Both the position numbers and the translations under genes were made by a program. The notes under the pieces were generated by a model, which had not been told where the DNA came from, ran no database searches, and worked only from the letters and a program-made list of their open reading frames with translations. 32,000 nucleotides of DNA, from contig NC_003272.1 in NCBI RefSeq assembly GCF_000009705.1, forward strand, positions 930,001-962,000, in the 5' to 3' direction. The stretch is from Nostoc sp. PCC 7120 = FACHB-418 (GTDB lineage: Bacteria; Cyanobacteriota; Cyanobacteriia; Cyanobacteriales; Nostocaceae). Shown here piece by piece: positions 1-8,046 of this stretch; the stretch's first letter is position 1; each line of letters begins with the position of its first letter.

Positions 1-207
1 GCTGAGGCTATCCTCAAACGTCGCGGTATTCAAGAATACTCTGTTTTTGATGCCACTGATTTACATGATACACACCGCCGAGATGTTGATAGCACAATCA
101 CAGGCGATCGCGTTTCCTCTACTGTAGGCGATCGTGTTTCCTCTAACGTAGGTCACGACACAGAACCAAGCGTAGTGATTGTTGATCACCGCGAAGAAAG
201 AATCTAA
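1..207 (+). CDS. 3' end of an unidentified protein-coding gene (last 68 codons; the start lies upstream of the window)
   Basis: Frame 1 is open from base 1 to TAA at 205-207 (AEAILKRRGIQEYSVFDATD...GDRVSSTVGDRVSSNVG...VVIVDHREERI*). It contains a 24-nt tandem duplication (103-126 / 127-150); the first copy carries a HIP1 octamer. No family recognised. Confidence 0.4.
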   Translation, partial: AEAILKRRGIQEYSVFDATDLHDTHRRDVDSTITGDRVSSTVGDRVSSNVGHDTEPSVVIVDHREERI

Positions 208-303
208 TCCCATTGATTAACTGAGGGACGTGATGTAACGCGTCTCTCAAGAAACTAAACAAAATCTATCCTCACTAAATTATTGATACCTGGAAATAAA
301 GAA

Positions 304-765
304 ATGAAAAAGCTAACTCCTCTTCTAATTAGTTCTTTACTAGTGTTTGGTGCTGCGGCTTGTCAAGATGGTGCAAGAACCAGTCAATCTGCACCCGATA
401 CTACAGCAGAAAATGTACAAGCACCTTCTGCGGAAGCAACCCAAGCTGCTCAACAAGACGCTCAGAGCGAGGTTCGTAGAGATCAACTCAATGCCGATAT
501 CCGCGCCCGCGAACAACGCAACAATATTACTGGCGGCGATGCACAAAGAGCTGAAGGTGATTTAGCTAGCGAAGTTCGTTCCAAATTAGAGGCGAATATA
601 CCTAATGGTGCATTAACAGTCCAAGCAGAAGATAATGGTACTGTCACTGTTGGCGGAACTGTCAACAACCAAGACCAGTTGTCTAAAATTGAACCTTTAG
701 CCAAAGAAATTAAAGGTGTCACCAACGTAGTTGTCAAAGCAGTTGTTGCTCCCCCAAACAGTTAA
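304..765 (+). CDS. BON-domain lipoprotein (secreted/periplasmic)
   Basis: ATG at 304 (the track ORF starts at an upstream TTG at 283). Signal peptide with lipobox LVFGAAAC, an Ala/Gln/Glu-rich linker, and a C-terminal BON-like segment GALTVQAEDNGTVTVGGTVNNQDQLSKIEPLAKEIKGVTNV. Confidence 0.75.
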   Translation: MKKLTPLLISSLLVFGAAACQDGARTSQSAPDTTAENVQAPSAEATQAAQQDAQSEVRRDQLNADIRAREQRNNITGGDAQRAEGDLASEVRSKLEANIPNGALTVQAEDNGTVTVGGTVNNQDQLSKIEPLAKEIKGVTNVVVKAVVAPPNS

Positions 766-883
766 GGGACTTCCAGCTAAAAAATATCTAATTACTTTGG
801 TAGCAGGGGAAGCCGGAGGTGCAGAGGGAGAAAGAGTCTTCTCATCGTCTTTGCCATTAACAGTAGATAATTTGTTTTTGTAT

Positions 884-908
884 CAGTAGTTAGTTGTACT
901 AACTACTG
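884..908 (+). terminator. Perfect hairpin downstream of the BON gene (possible terminator or RNA stability element)
   Basis: 11-bp perfect stem CAGTAGTTAGT / ACTAACTACTG with a 3-nt loop (TGT). It sits 119 nt after the stop at 765 and is followed by AGAATTTTCG, which is only a weak U-tract. Confidence 0.35.
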
Positions 909-1002
909 AGAATTTTCGTTGACAACTGGCGACGGGAATGTTTATGTTTATTTACGTCTAGTGAACTAAAAAAGCTGTTGTAATTACCAACATATAAAAA
1001 CT

Positions 1003-1437
1003 ATGGAAACCGAACAAAAGCAACCGGAATCCTTAAATACCGAAGTATCTCAGGGAACAATAGCACTGTCTAGTGCAGGACAAAGCAACCTACCTCAATT
1101 ACCACCAGCTACAGCAACTACTCCTGAGTGGCAGCAAATTACTAATCAAGTAACGGATTTTTTGGCAGAACTTCCCGAATATTTAGGCAGTTTCTATCAA
1201 CAATACAGCCGCTCTATTCTCACCGTTTTGCTTATCTTAGCGGCACTTGTCACCTTAAAAGTGGTACTAGCTTTATTAGGTGCAATCAATGGTATCCCCT
1301 TGCTAGCCCCCTTCTTTGAGTTGATTGGCCTTAGTTACTCAACATGGTTTACTTTCCGTTATCTCATCAAGTCCTCGACTCGCCAAGAATTAACCGCCGA
1401 AATTAGGACACTGAAATCTCAAGTTTTTGGGGAATAA
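1003..1437 (+). CDS. CAAD-domain / CURT1-family thylakoid membrane protein
   Basis: ATG start. Disordered N-terminus, then two hydrophobic helices (ILTVLLILAALVTLKVVLALLGAI, LLAPFFELIGLSYSTWFTFRYL) and a C-terminal amphipathic helix (STRQELTAEIRTLKSQVF). This is the arrangement I associate with the CAAD/CurT family. Confidence 0.7.
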   Translation: METEQKQPESLNTEVSQGTIALSSAGQSNLPQLPPATATTPEWQQITNQVTDFLAELPEYLGSFYQQYSRSILTVLLILAALVTLKVVLALLGAINGIPLLAPFFELIGLSYSTWFTFRYLIKSSTRQELTAEIRTLKSQVFGE

Positions 1438-1482
1438 GTTTTACCCAAATAGCTATCAGAAATCATCTGTAACCGAATAGAA

Positions 1483-1521
1483 ACCCGATTTATTAAATTA
1501 AGTCGGGTATTTGGTATTTTT
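1483..1521 (+). terminator. Candidate intrinsic terminator after the CAAD gene
   Basis: Stem ACCCGA (1483-1488) / TCGGGT (1503-1508) with a 14-nt AT loop, followed by ATTTGGTATTTTT. Confidence 0.4.
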
Positions 1522-1661
1522 AGGAATTGTATATATCTAAAGAAAGAGGATTTTTTTGAACAATTTATTAAATCACTTCTAAAGATAGTCGATTTGTGAT
1601 CTTTAAAAAGCATAATCTAGTTCTCGAAGTTTTAACAGATTTTTTAACGAGGACAGATTTT

Positions 1662-2069
1662 ATGACTAATGAACCAGTTAAAAGAGCAACCGATTCATCC
1701 GAACGAGCAGAGGCCGATATGTACGATAGAGGCATCGTACCTGCTGAAACCGCCGCACGCAAAGAAAGAGAAGGGGAATTATATAAAACACTTCCTACAG
1801 AAGAAAGGGAAGCCGACGCGCCCACAGATGACCAAACAGATGCCCAAAGTATTCGCACCACAGATGGTTACACAGTAGATAAAGAGGGTTTATTAAACAA
1901 CTACGCGGTTGAACCAGAAATGTACTATGAAGTACCAGGTGATGCTAGGAAAGAAGCGGAAGAGGATACAGCATCACGGGTTCAAGAGTTGGCAGAAGTT
2001 AACGAAGATAAGGAAGGTGAGTTAACAGAAAAAGGTGATAGCCGTGGTAGAGGCCCAGGATTAATTTAG
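1662..2069 (+). CDS. Acidic, low-complexity conserved hypothetical protein (135 aa)
   Basis: ATG at 1662 is preceded by GAGGA about 8 nt upstream (the track ORF begins at GTG 1596). The protein is Glu/Asp/Thr-rich (MTNEPVKRATDSSERAEADMYDRGIVPAETAARKEREGELYKTLPTEEREADAPTDDQTD...). A strong terminator follows. Confidence 0.6.
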   Translation: MTNEPVKRATDSSERAEADMYDRGIVPAETAARKEREGELYKTLPTEEREADAPTDDQTDAQSIRTTDGYTVDKEGLLNNYAVEPEMYYEVPGDARKEAEEDTASRVQELAEVNEDKEGELTEKGDSRGRGPGLI

Positions 2070-2097
2070 TCTTTTAAATTTGGATTAAAACTATCAT

Positions 2098-2132
2098 AAA
2101 AAACCCGGTTTCTTGGACAAGCCGGGTTTTTT
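2098..2132 (+). terminator. Rho-independent terminator (A-tract/stem/T-tract, potentially bidirectional)
   Basis: AAAAAACCCGGTT-tcttggaca-AGCCGGGTTTTTT, located 29 nt after the stop at 2069. Confidence 0.75.
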
Positions 2133-2159
2133 AGGACTTACGCACAAAGGTTATTACAA

Positions 2160-2305
2160 GGTGTAAGGGTTCAAGGGTATAGAGTAGAATGTCACTAAGA
2201 AAAGGTGAAACTCTTGCTGTGTAGGGGTTAGGAGAAGAACAGTATTGATGAGATATCTTCACTTAATTATTAGTTGTTTCCCCTACACCCTTACACCCTT
2301 ACACC
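2160..2305. repeat. MITE-like element: about 23-bp imperfect terminal inverted repeats built from GGGTGTAA octamers, flanking about 100 bp
   Basis: Left arm GGTGTAAGGGTTCAAGGGTATAG (2160-2182). The reverse complement of the right arm (2283-2305) is GGTGTAAGGGTGTAAGGGTGTAG, a 20/23 match. Related octamer blocks occur at 12161-12180, 22845-22866 and 6021-6035. Confidence 0.45.
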
Positions 2306-2382
2306 CCAAAAGCCTTATACCTTAAAGATTTGCGCTTATCTTAGTGCCATTCGGTATAGAGTACTGGCACGCGCAGCGCCAT

Positions 2383-2406
2383 AAAAAAAGGCAGGAAGCC
2401 CTACCT
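2383..2406 (-). terminator. Rho-independent terminator of the devBCA-like operon
   Basis: The minus strand reads AGGTAGG-gctt-CCTGCCT followed by TTTTTTT, about 100 nt downstream of the devA-like stop (2507). Confidence 0.7.
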
Positions 2407-2506
2407 TTAAACCCAAAAAAAGCATTTTGTAACCAAATACAAGAATAAATATTACACACAGTTGTGGCAGTTATATTACAAAACTACGACGAAGTGATGA
2501 ACAATT

Positions 2507-3202
2507 TTAGCTAATTACGGCAGGAGTGGGACTCAAGAGTTTACCATCTTCCATCTGGACAATTCGATCAGCAATATTTAAAATACGGTGATCATGAGTA
2601 ACCATAAGGATTGTACTGCCTTTTTCGTGAGCGAGTTTTTGCATTAAGTTAACTACATCTCGTCCCGATTGACTGTCTAGGGATGCTGTCGGTTCATCTG
2701 CTAACACAAGTTGTGGATGGCTGACTAAAGCACGGGCGATCGCTACCCTTTGTTTTTGTCCCCCAGACAGTTGATCAGGGTAGTAATGCAGATGGTTTCC
2801 TAATCCCACCTGTTCCAAAATTTGGATTGCACAAATTTCTAATTCTGCTGATTCAATGTATTGGTGTAGTTCTAACCCCATTTTGACATTTTGCAGTGCG
2901 GTTAAACTACCATGCAGGTTATGCCCTTGAAAAATATAACCGTTACGCCGTCGTGCCTGCACCAATCTTTCTGCACTAGCACCATACAATTCTTGTCCCA
3001 GCACTCGTAAACTACCTGACTGGGGTGATCTCAATCCCCCCACTAAGTTAAGTAAGGTAGTTTTACCGGAACCAGAAGGCCCAGTCAAAATGACGATTTC
3101 ACCAGCATTAATTTCTAAGTTGATATTAAATAAAACTTGCTTACGCAGTGAACCATTACCAAAGTAGTGGTCAAGATTCCGAACGGAAATGACTTTCAGC
3201 AT
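2507..3202 (-). CDS. DevA-family ABC exporter ATP-binding protein
   Basis: ATG start. Walker A GPSGSGKTT, ABC signature LSGGQKQRVAIARAL, Walker B LVLADEPT, H-loop VTHD. It is the last gene of a B-C-A operon on the minus strand. Confidence 0.9.
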   Translation of the reverse strand: MLKVISVRNLDHYFGNGSLRKQVLFNINLEINAGEIVILTGPSGSGKTTLLNLVGGLRSPQSGSLRVLGQELYGASAERLVQARRRNGYIFQGHNLHGSLTALQNVKMGLELHQYIESAELEICAIQILEQVGLGNHLHYYPDQLSGGQKQRVAIARALVSHPQLVLADEPTASLDSQSGRDVVNLMQKLAHEKGSTILMVTHDHRILNIADRIVQMEDGKLLSPTPAVIS

Positions 3203-3204
3203 AA

Positions 3205-3290
3205 ATTGGGTACTGGGGATTGGGTACTAATACCAATTCAAAATTCAAAATAGCCTACGGCAAGGCTGCGCCAACAAAATTCAAAATTAG
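3205..3290. repeat. Short tandem repeats in the devC-devA spacer
   Basis: ATTGGGTACT x2 (3205-3214, 3219-3228); AATTCAA x2 (3235-3248); AAAATTC/AAAATTA (3276-3290). Confidence 0.6.
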
Positions 3291-3430
3291 GAAAGTCAAA
3301 CAGCATAAGGGTATATCCGTATGTATCTGTCGCATTCTGTTTTCAAATTGTTACAAGGATTGGGCTTCTGCCACTTACTTACTACTCAGCACTCAACGTA
3401 GGTTAAACGCACTGCTACCACCACCAGAAT

Positions 3431-4597
3431 TTAAAACATTTCGGCTGGATCGGCGGCTTGAAGTTTACGGGTGGCGATCGCTCCTGAAATTGCACACATA
3501 ATGATTGTGAGGATTAATACTTGCAATGCCCGGATGACTGTCATGTACATGGGTAAGTTTGTGGCAGTGCGAGTGAGGTGGTAAAGTCCCAAGGAGACTG
3601 ATAAGCCGGGAAGAAAGCCCAGTAATGCTAAAATTACGGCTTCTTCAAAGATCACACCTAGTAGATAATAATGGCGATAGCCGATGGCTTTGAAGGTGGC
3701 GTACTCTCGCAAGTGAGTATTAACATCAGTAGACAAGACTTGATACACAATAATCACACCAACTACAAAGCCCATTGACACCCCGATGCTGAAAATAAAT
3801 CCTATGGGGGAGTTAGTGCGCCAAAAGTTATTTTCAAATTCGATAAATTCGTCGTGTGTCAGCACTTTCACATCTTGCGAGAGACGAGATTTTAAGGCTG
3901 CTGCTACCTGTTGGCGATTCGCCTTAGATTCCAACTGAATCAAACCCACACTGACGCTAGAAGCTGGCTGTCGCGGAAACAAGCGCAAGAAGTTTTGATC
4001 ACTGGTAATCAAAGTACCGTCAGCGCTGAAAGAAGCCCCTAGTTTAAATAAACCAGTAATAGTCACTGTACGCCGTTCTAGTTCGGTTTTAACTGTTTGT
4101 CCTTGTTCTAGTTGGGCGATGGTTTGTTGGTAATCACCTCTAGACGCACGGTCAAATATAACGGTATCCGGTAACTTAATTTCTGATAGTTTTTGATTAA
4201 CTTCAGGAAAGTCCACAGCTGGTCTATCGGGATTAATCCCAATGACCAAAATTTCCGTATCACGGCGTGTCTGAGGATTTTTCCACAGCATATTACTCAC
4301 ATACATCGCCTCTGCTGACTTCACTCCTGGGACATCCATTGCTTGGTAAAGTCGCCGACGTGAAAACGTAGAAATGCGTTGTAAGTTCCGCGTTTGAGAA
4401 CCGATGACGATAATATCAGCCTGCAAACTGCGATGTAATGTAGTGTTACTGTCATACAGCGCAGCTTGAAACCCAAGCTGCATAAACATTAGCAAGTCAG
4501 CAAAAGCAATACCTGACAATGCTACTAAAAGCCGACTTCTTTCATGGCTCAGTTGCAGCCATCCTAAAGGAGTTCGTCGCCGCAATTGTTGAAACAT
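3431..4597 (-). CDS. DevC-family ABC exporter permease (FtsX-like fold)
   Basis: ATG start. N-terminal TM helix, a large periplasmic loop and a C-terminal three-TM FtsX-type bundle (IGFIFSIGVSMGFVVGVIIVYQVL...LALLGFLPGLSVSLGLY...LILTIIMCAISGAIA). It lies between the MFP and ATPase genes. Confidence 0.9.
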   Translation of the reverse strand: MFQQLRRRTPLGWLQLSHERSRLLVALSGIAFADLLMFMQLGFQAALYDSNTTLHRSLQADIIVIGSQTRNLQRISTFSRRRLYQAMDVPGVKSAEAMYVSNMLWKNPQTRRDTEILVIGINPDRPAVDFPEVNQKLSEIKLPDTVIFDRASRGDYQQTIAQLEQGQTVKTELERRTVTITGLFKLGASFSADGTLITSDQNFLRLFPRQPASSVSVGLIQLESKANRQQVAAALKSRLSQDVKVLTHDEFIEFENNFWRTNSPIGFIFSIGVSMGFVVGVIIVYQVLSTDVNTHLREYATFKAIGYRHYYLLGVIFEEAVILALLGFLPGLSVSLGLYHLTRTATNLPMYMTVIRALQVLILTIIMCAISGAIATRKLQAADPAEMF

Positions 4598-4610
4598 AAG
4601 AAATTAGGAA

Positions 4611-4671
4611 TGAGTAGTGAGTGCTGAGTAGTGAGTCTTAATTCTTAATTCTTAATTGTGAATTTTGAATT
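4611..4671. repeat. Two abutting tandem heptamer arrays (STRR-like) in the devB-devC spacer
   Basis: TGAGTAG/TGAGTGC/TGAGTAG/TGAGTCT (4611-4638), then CTTAATT x3 plus GTGAATT and TTGAATT (4637-4671). Confidence 0.8.
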
Positions 4672-4675
4672 GATA

Positions 4676-5923
4676 TCACAGTTCAATAACTGCTTTAACC
4701 TGCATATTTGTTAAATCAGCAGCTTTTTGGCTAGAAGTAGGATCTAAACGAATGTGGACTTCTACTACTCGGTTATCAATATTGCTTGCAGGGTCGGTGT
4801 TGACTACATTTTGCCGCCGTATCTGTAAGCCTTTGCGTTCGACGGTTCCCTGCATTTCTACAGGTAAATAATCACCGATAATTCTTACTTTTTGCCCTGG
4901 TTTGACTCTGCTGATATCGCTTTCGTAGACTTCGGCGACTACGTACATTTGGTTTGTTTGTCCAATATCAACAATGCCATCAGTAGAGACTAATTCCCCT
5001 GGATGGGTGTGAATCTCAAACACTTGAGCATCTTGAGGTGATGACCCTCTCAACTCTTTCGGCCATCGCACGTAGGCTTGTTGTAAATGCACTTTTGCTT
5101 GGTTCATGGCGGCTATGGCGCGATTAACTTCGGCTTTAGCAGCTTCTACATCTACGCCACGAACTTCGGTGATTTGTGCTAATGTGGCTTTGGCTTGTTG
5201 CAGTTGTTGTTGGCTGGTGGTTTGGATGCGCTGCAAGTCGGCTTGGGCTTCTTGGAGGGTTTTTTGGGCAGTTTCTAAGTTTAAGCGCTGGCGATCGCCC
5301 TCGGAAGCGGAAACAGCGCCTTGTTGATATAGGGTTTGATAGCGTTGGTTTTCGGCTGTGGCGTTTCTGACTTCGGCTTGTAATCGCGCTACAGTAGCTA
5401 GTTGAGCCGCAATATTACCTCTACCTTCCGCCTCTAACTTGGCAATTGTGGCCATTTGAGCCGCAATTTCTCCTCCTTTCGCTCCAGCTTGGGTACGGTT
5501 GAGGTTGGCTTGGGCTACTTTTACTTGTTCTTGGGCTTCTTTTAAAGCAGCTTTTAAGCGATCGCGGCTATCTAAAATCGCAATTAATTGTCCCGGTTTT
5601 ACCCTATCCCCCTCTTTAACTAACAGTTGTTCTACCCGACTACCTTCACTAGATGTAGTCGCCGAGAGTTTAATTACTTTCCCCTTTGGTTCAATTCGTC
5701 CTAAAGCTGTAACCGTTTTTAGCTCTGGTAACAATGCCCCCGGTGCTTGTACCTTTTGATTAGATGCTTCCCGAAAATTTAACCCTATATAAAAACTGAT
5801 TCCTATGGCAACAAACGATGCAAAACAAGCTAAAAAAATCGCTGGACGTAAAATCGATTGAGGAGAAATTGAACGGTCGAGCTTTGAATTCTGCACAATC
5901 CCATACCTTTGTAGCAATTTCAA
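4676..5923 (-). CDS. DevB-family membrane fusion protein (HlyD-type periplasmic adaptor)
   Basis: N-terminal TM helix (AIFLACFASFVAIGISFYIGL), lipoyl-like motif (VKEGDRVKPGQLIAILD), a long Ala/Gln coiled coil and a C-terminal beta-barrel. The start is uncertain: the track start at 5923 is TTG, and a GTG nine codons downstream is an alternative. Confidence 0.85.
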   Translation of the reverse strand: MKLLQRYGIVQNSKLDRSISPQSILRPAIFLACFASFVAIGISFYIGLNFREASNQKVQAPGALLPELKTVTALGRIEPKGKVIKLSATTSSEGSRVEQLLVKEGDRVKPGQLIAILDSRDRLKAALKEAQEQVKVAQANLNRTQAGAKGGEIAAQMATIAKLEAEGRGNIAAQLATVARLQAEVRNATAENQRYQTLYQQGAVSASEGDRQRLNLETAQKTLQEAQADLQRIQTTSQQQLQQAKATLAQITEVRGVDVEAAKAEVNRAIAAMNQAKVHLQQAYVRWPKELRGSSPQDAQVFEIHTHPGELVSTDGIVDIGQTNQMYVVAEVYESDISRVKPGQKVRIIGDYLPVEMQGTVERKGLQIRRQNVVNTDPASNIDNRVVEVHIRLDPTSSQKAADLTNMQVKAVIEL

Positions 5924-5954
5924 CTTCGCTAACTCAAATCGAATTTTATTAAGT

Positions 5955-5996
5955 TTGTCAGTTGTCAGTTGTCAGTTGTCAGTTGTCATTGGTCAA
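5955..5996. repeat. Tandem heptamer array (STRR-like)
   Basis: TTGTCAG x4 (5955-5982), then the variants TTGTCAT and TGGTCAA. Confidence 0.85.
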
Positions 5997-6092
5997 TAGT
6001 CCATAGTTATTTTCTTCTATACCCCTACACCCTGTCTTTCTTCAATTTCATAACTGGTACATCTACTCCATATCTGAACTGAGATATACAAA

Positions 6093-6143
6093 ACTAAACT
6101 GTGTAGTTATATAATATGATTATACTAAACCGACTAGTTTAGT
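6093..6143. promoter_or_regulatory. Two palindromic operator-like sites sharing the half-site ACTAAAC and flanking a TATAAT box; candidate TetR operators in the divergent tetR / devB-like promoter region
   Basis: Site 1 is ACTAAAC-t-GTGTAGT (6093-6107; 6 of 7 arm positions pair). Site 2 is ACTAAAC-cgacta-GTTTAGT (6124-6143; perfect 7-bp arms). TATAAT lies at 6110-6115 between them. A further 9-bp inverted repeat, TCAATAGTT (6143-6151) / AACTATTGA (6172-6180), follows. Confidence 0.5.
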
Positions 6144-6226
6144 CAATAGTTATTTATTGCTTTGGGCTATAAACTATTGACTGTAGGCTATGGACTCTAT
6201 TGATAACGTTTCAGGATTATTGAAAA

Positions 6227-6844
6227 ATGGCACGCCCAAAAATTGGGGAAACAGATCGTTCAAATTCTACCGATAAAGTTGAGAAGATTCTGCAAGGTGC
6301 GATGCAGGAATTTTTAGCCAACGGCTATGCTGCCACTAGTATGGATAAAGTAGCGGAAGCGGCTGGGGTTTCCAAAGCAACAGTATATAGTCACTTTCAA
6401 GATAAAGAAGGTTTATTTAAAGCATTAATAGAGAAACTGGCCAAAAAACGCTTCCAGACAATTTTGGGAACTCAAGCCTTGCAAGGGGACCCTTATATAG
6501 TGCTGAGAAGGTTAGCGAAAACAGCCTTACATCAGATGATAGACGATCCAGAATATCAGTCATTTGAGCGCTTGTTGATTGGTGAGTCAGCACGTTTTCC
6601 AGGGTTGGCGCAGATTTTTATCGGTAGCATTGCCAAGCCAGCCATCGAAACCATTAGTAAATATATAGCTTCTCGTCCTGAACTCAACATCCCCGATCCA
6701 GAAGCTACAGCCAGAATTTTGATTGGTTCATTAGTGCATTTTGTGATGACACAAGAGATTATGCACGGTAAAGATATTATGCCAATGGAGAGCGATCGCC
6801 TAATTGATGCCCTAACACACCTAATTATTAACTGTGCTGAGTAA
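6227..6844 (+). CDS. TetR/AcrR-family transcriptional regulator
   Basis: N-terminal HTH TSMDKVAEAAGVSKATVYSHFQDKEGLF. About 200 aa of all-helical sequence. It is divergent from the exporter operon. Confidence 0.9.
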   Translation: MARPKIGETDRSNSTDKVEKILQGAMQEFLANGYAATSMDKVAEAAGVSKATVYSHFQDKEGLFKALIEKLAKKRFQTILGTQALQGDPYIVLRRLAKTALHQMIDDPEYQSFERLLIGESARFPGLAQIFIGSIAKPAIETISKYIASRPELNIPDPEATARILIGSLVHFVMTQEIMHGKDIMPMESDRLIDALTHLIINCAE

Positions 6845-6979
6845 AAAATTAGGGGGGTAAGGGAAGTTCACGACCACAATTCCACTCGGCTTTAAACCTT
6901 ATCTTTTGGTGAAAAAGAGCTTTTTAGTAAAAGCGTACTACACTATACTGATATCAAAAGCTGAAATACAACAGCCAAT

Positions 6980-7279
6980 ATGCTTTATAGACATGGCGAC
7001 GTTTTGCTTAGGCGTATTGATAGTATTCCCAATGCTGCCCAAAAACGAGTAGGTACAACTCTGGCTCATGGTGAAGTCACAGGTCACAGTCATCGCATAC
7101 AGGAATCTCATGGTGTGCAGTTATGGGTACATGGTAGCGAGATGTTTCTAGAAGTTAAACAAGCCAGTGCTACCTTAATTCATGAAGAACATCGACCGAT
7201 TGAATTACCCCAAGGGCTGTACCGCGTTTGGCGACAACGGGAATACCGTCCTGATGCTTACGTGGAGGTAGAGGATTAA
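6980..7279 (+). CDS. His-rich 99-aa protein of unknown function
   Basis: ATG start. Eight His in 99 aa, including HGEVTGHSH and HEEH. Predicted all-beta character (HGDVLLRRI, MFLEV, LYRVW). Its stop TAA (7277-7279) overlaps the next ATG (TAATG). Confidence 0.65.
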   Translation: MLYRHGDVLLRRIDSIPNAAQKRVGTTLAHGEVTGHSHRIQESHGVQLWVHGSEMFLEVKQASATLIHEEHRPIELPQGLYRVWRQREYRPDAYVEVED

Positions 7280-7977
7280 TGCTGAACATGATGTCAGGGG
7301 GGCGTGTCCCGAAGAAGCGATCGCAACAACACCCCAAGGAAAATCATCAGCCTGTATCGCCTCAAATGGCGCGAAAACTCATCCTTGAACACCGTGCATG
7401 GGAGGGGATACGCGTTTTAGGACATCTGGATTTAAGCGGTGCGACAGAGCTTTGCAATTTACCAGAAAATCTTACCTGTGAAAGTCTAGATATTAGTGGC
7501 TGTGTGAACTTAGTCAATCTCCCCCCAGGTCTTCATGTCACCCGTTGGATTGAGTTGGCTGGAAGTGGAATTACAAGTTTAGGGGTGGGACATGGTTTCG
7601 TGTTGCGCTGGCGAGGTGTAGAGGTCAGCGATTACATAGCCTTTGAATCTCAGTCCATCACCGGGCAAGATATCCTTAAAATCGAGAACGTTGAGCTGCG
7701 ACGAGTATTGATTGAGCGTCTGGGATACGAAACATTTTTGCAGCAAGTGGGGGGATTAGTACGCGATCGCGACAAAGATGCTGGCGGGGAACGCCAACTA
7801 GTGTACATCCCCTTTGAAGATGATGAAGCTCTCATGGTCTTAAAGGTCACTTGTCCCTCAACAGGACACATTCACATCCTGCGCGTCCCTCCCCAGATGC
7901 AGAGTTGCCATCAAGCAGCAGCCTGGGTGGCTGGTTTTAGTAACCCAGACGACTATCACCCCCTGATAGAGGCTTAA
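7279..7977 (+). CDS. Protein with about 3 LRR-like repeats and a conserved C-terminal domain of unknown function (contains an RVPP motif)
   Basis: The ATG overlaps the upstream stop (alternative ATG at 7366). LRR-like run LDLSGATELCNLPENLTCESLDISGCVNLVNLPPGLHVTRWIELAGSGITSL. The C-terminal segment VELRRVLIERLGYETFLQQ...LMVLKVTCPSTGHIHILRVPPQMQSCHQAAAWVAGF resembles, from memory, a widespread uncharacterised bacterial/phage domain. Confidence 0.7.
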   Translation: MLNMMSGGRVPKKRSQQHPKENHQPVSPQMARKLILEHRAWEGIRVLGHLDLSGATELCNLPENLTCESLDISGCVNLVNLPPGLHVTRWIELAGSGITSLGVGHGFVLRWRGVEVSDYIAFESQSITGQDILKIENVELRRVLIERLGYETFLQQVGGLVRDRDKDAGGERQLVYIPFEDDEALMVLKVTCPSTGHIHILRVPPQMQSCHQAAAWVAGFSNPDDYHPLIEA

Positions 7978-8046
7978 GGGACTTACTCGTTTTGGTGAGT
8001 AGGAGAAGCAGGGGAAGCGGGGGAAGAACTGACCGCAAGATTTTCG

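Noticed and set aside
3220-3501. 93-aa plus-strand ORF in the devC-devA spacer
   Set aside because: It is built largely from the AATTCAA/AAAATTC simple repeats, runs into the 3' end of the devC-like gene on the opposite strand, and has no RBS.
5106-5759. Three plus-strand ORFs (73, 64 and 86 aa) antisense to the devB-like gene
   Set aside because: The Ala/Gln-rich coiled-coil coding DNA is GC-rich at codon position 3 and naturally stays open on the opposite strand. The products are Ala/Trp/Cys-rich nonsense and have no start context.
4611-5996. Possibility that the short tandem repeats are CRISPR arrays
   Set aside because: The units are contiguous 7-8-nt repeats without spacers. There are no 25-40-nt repeats separated by unique spacers and no cas genes, so these are STRR-type simple repeats.
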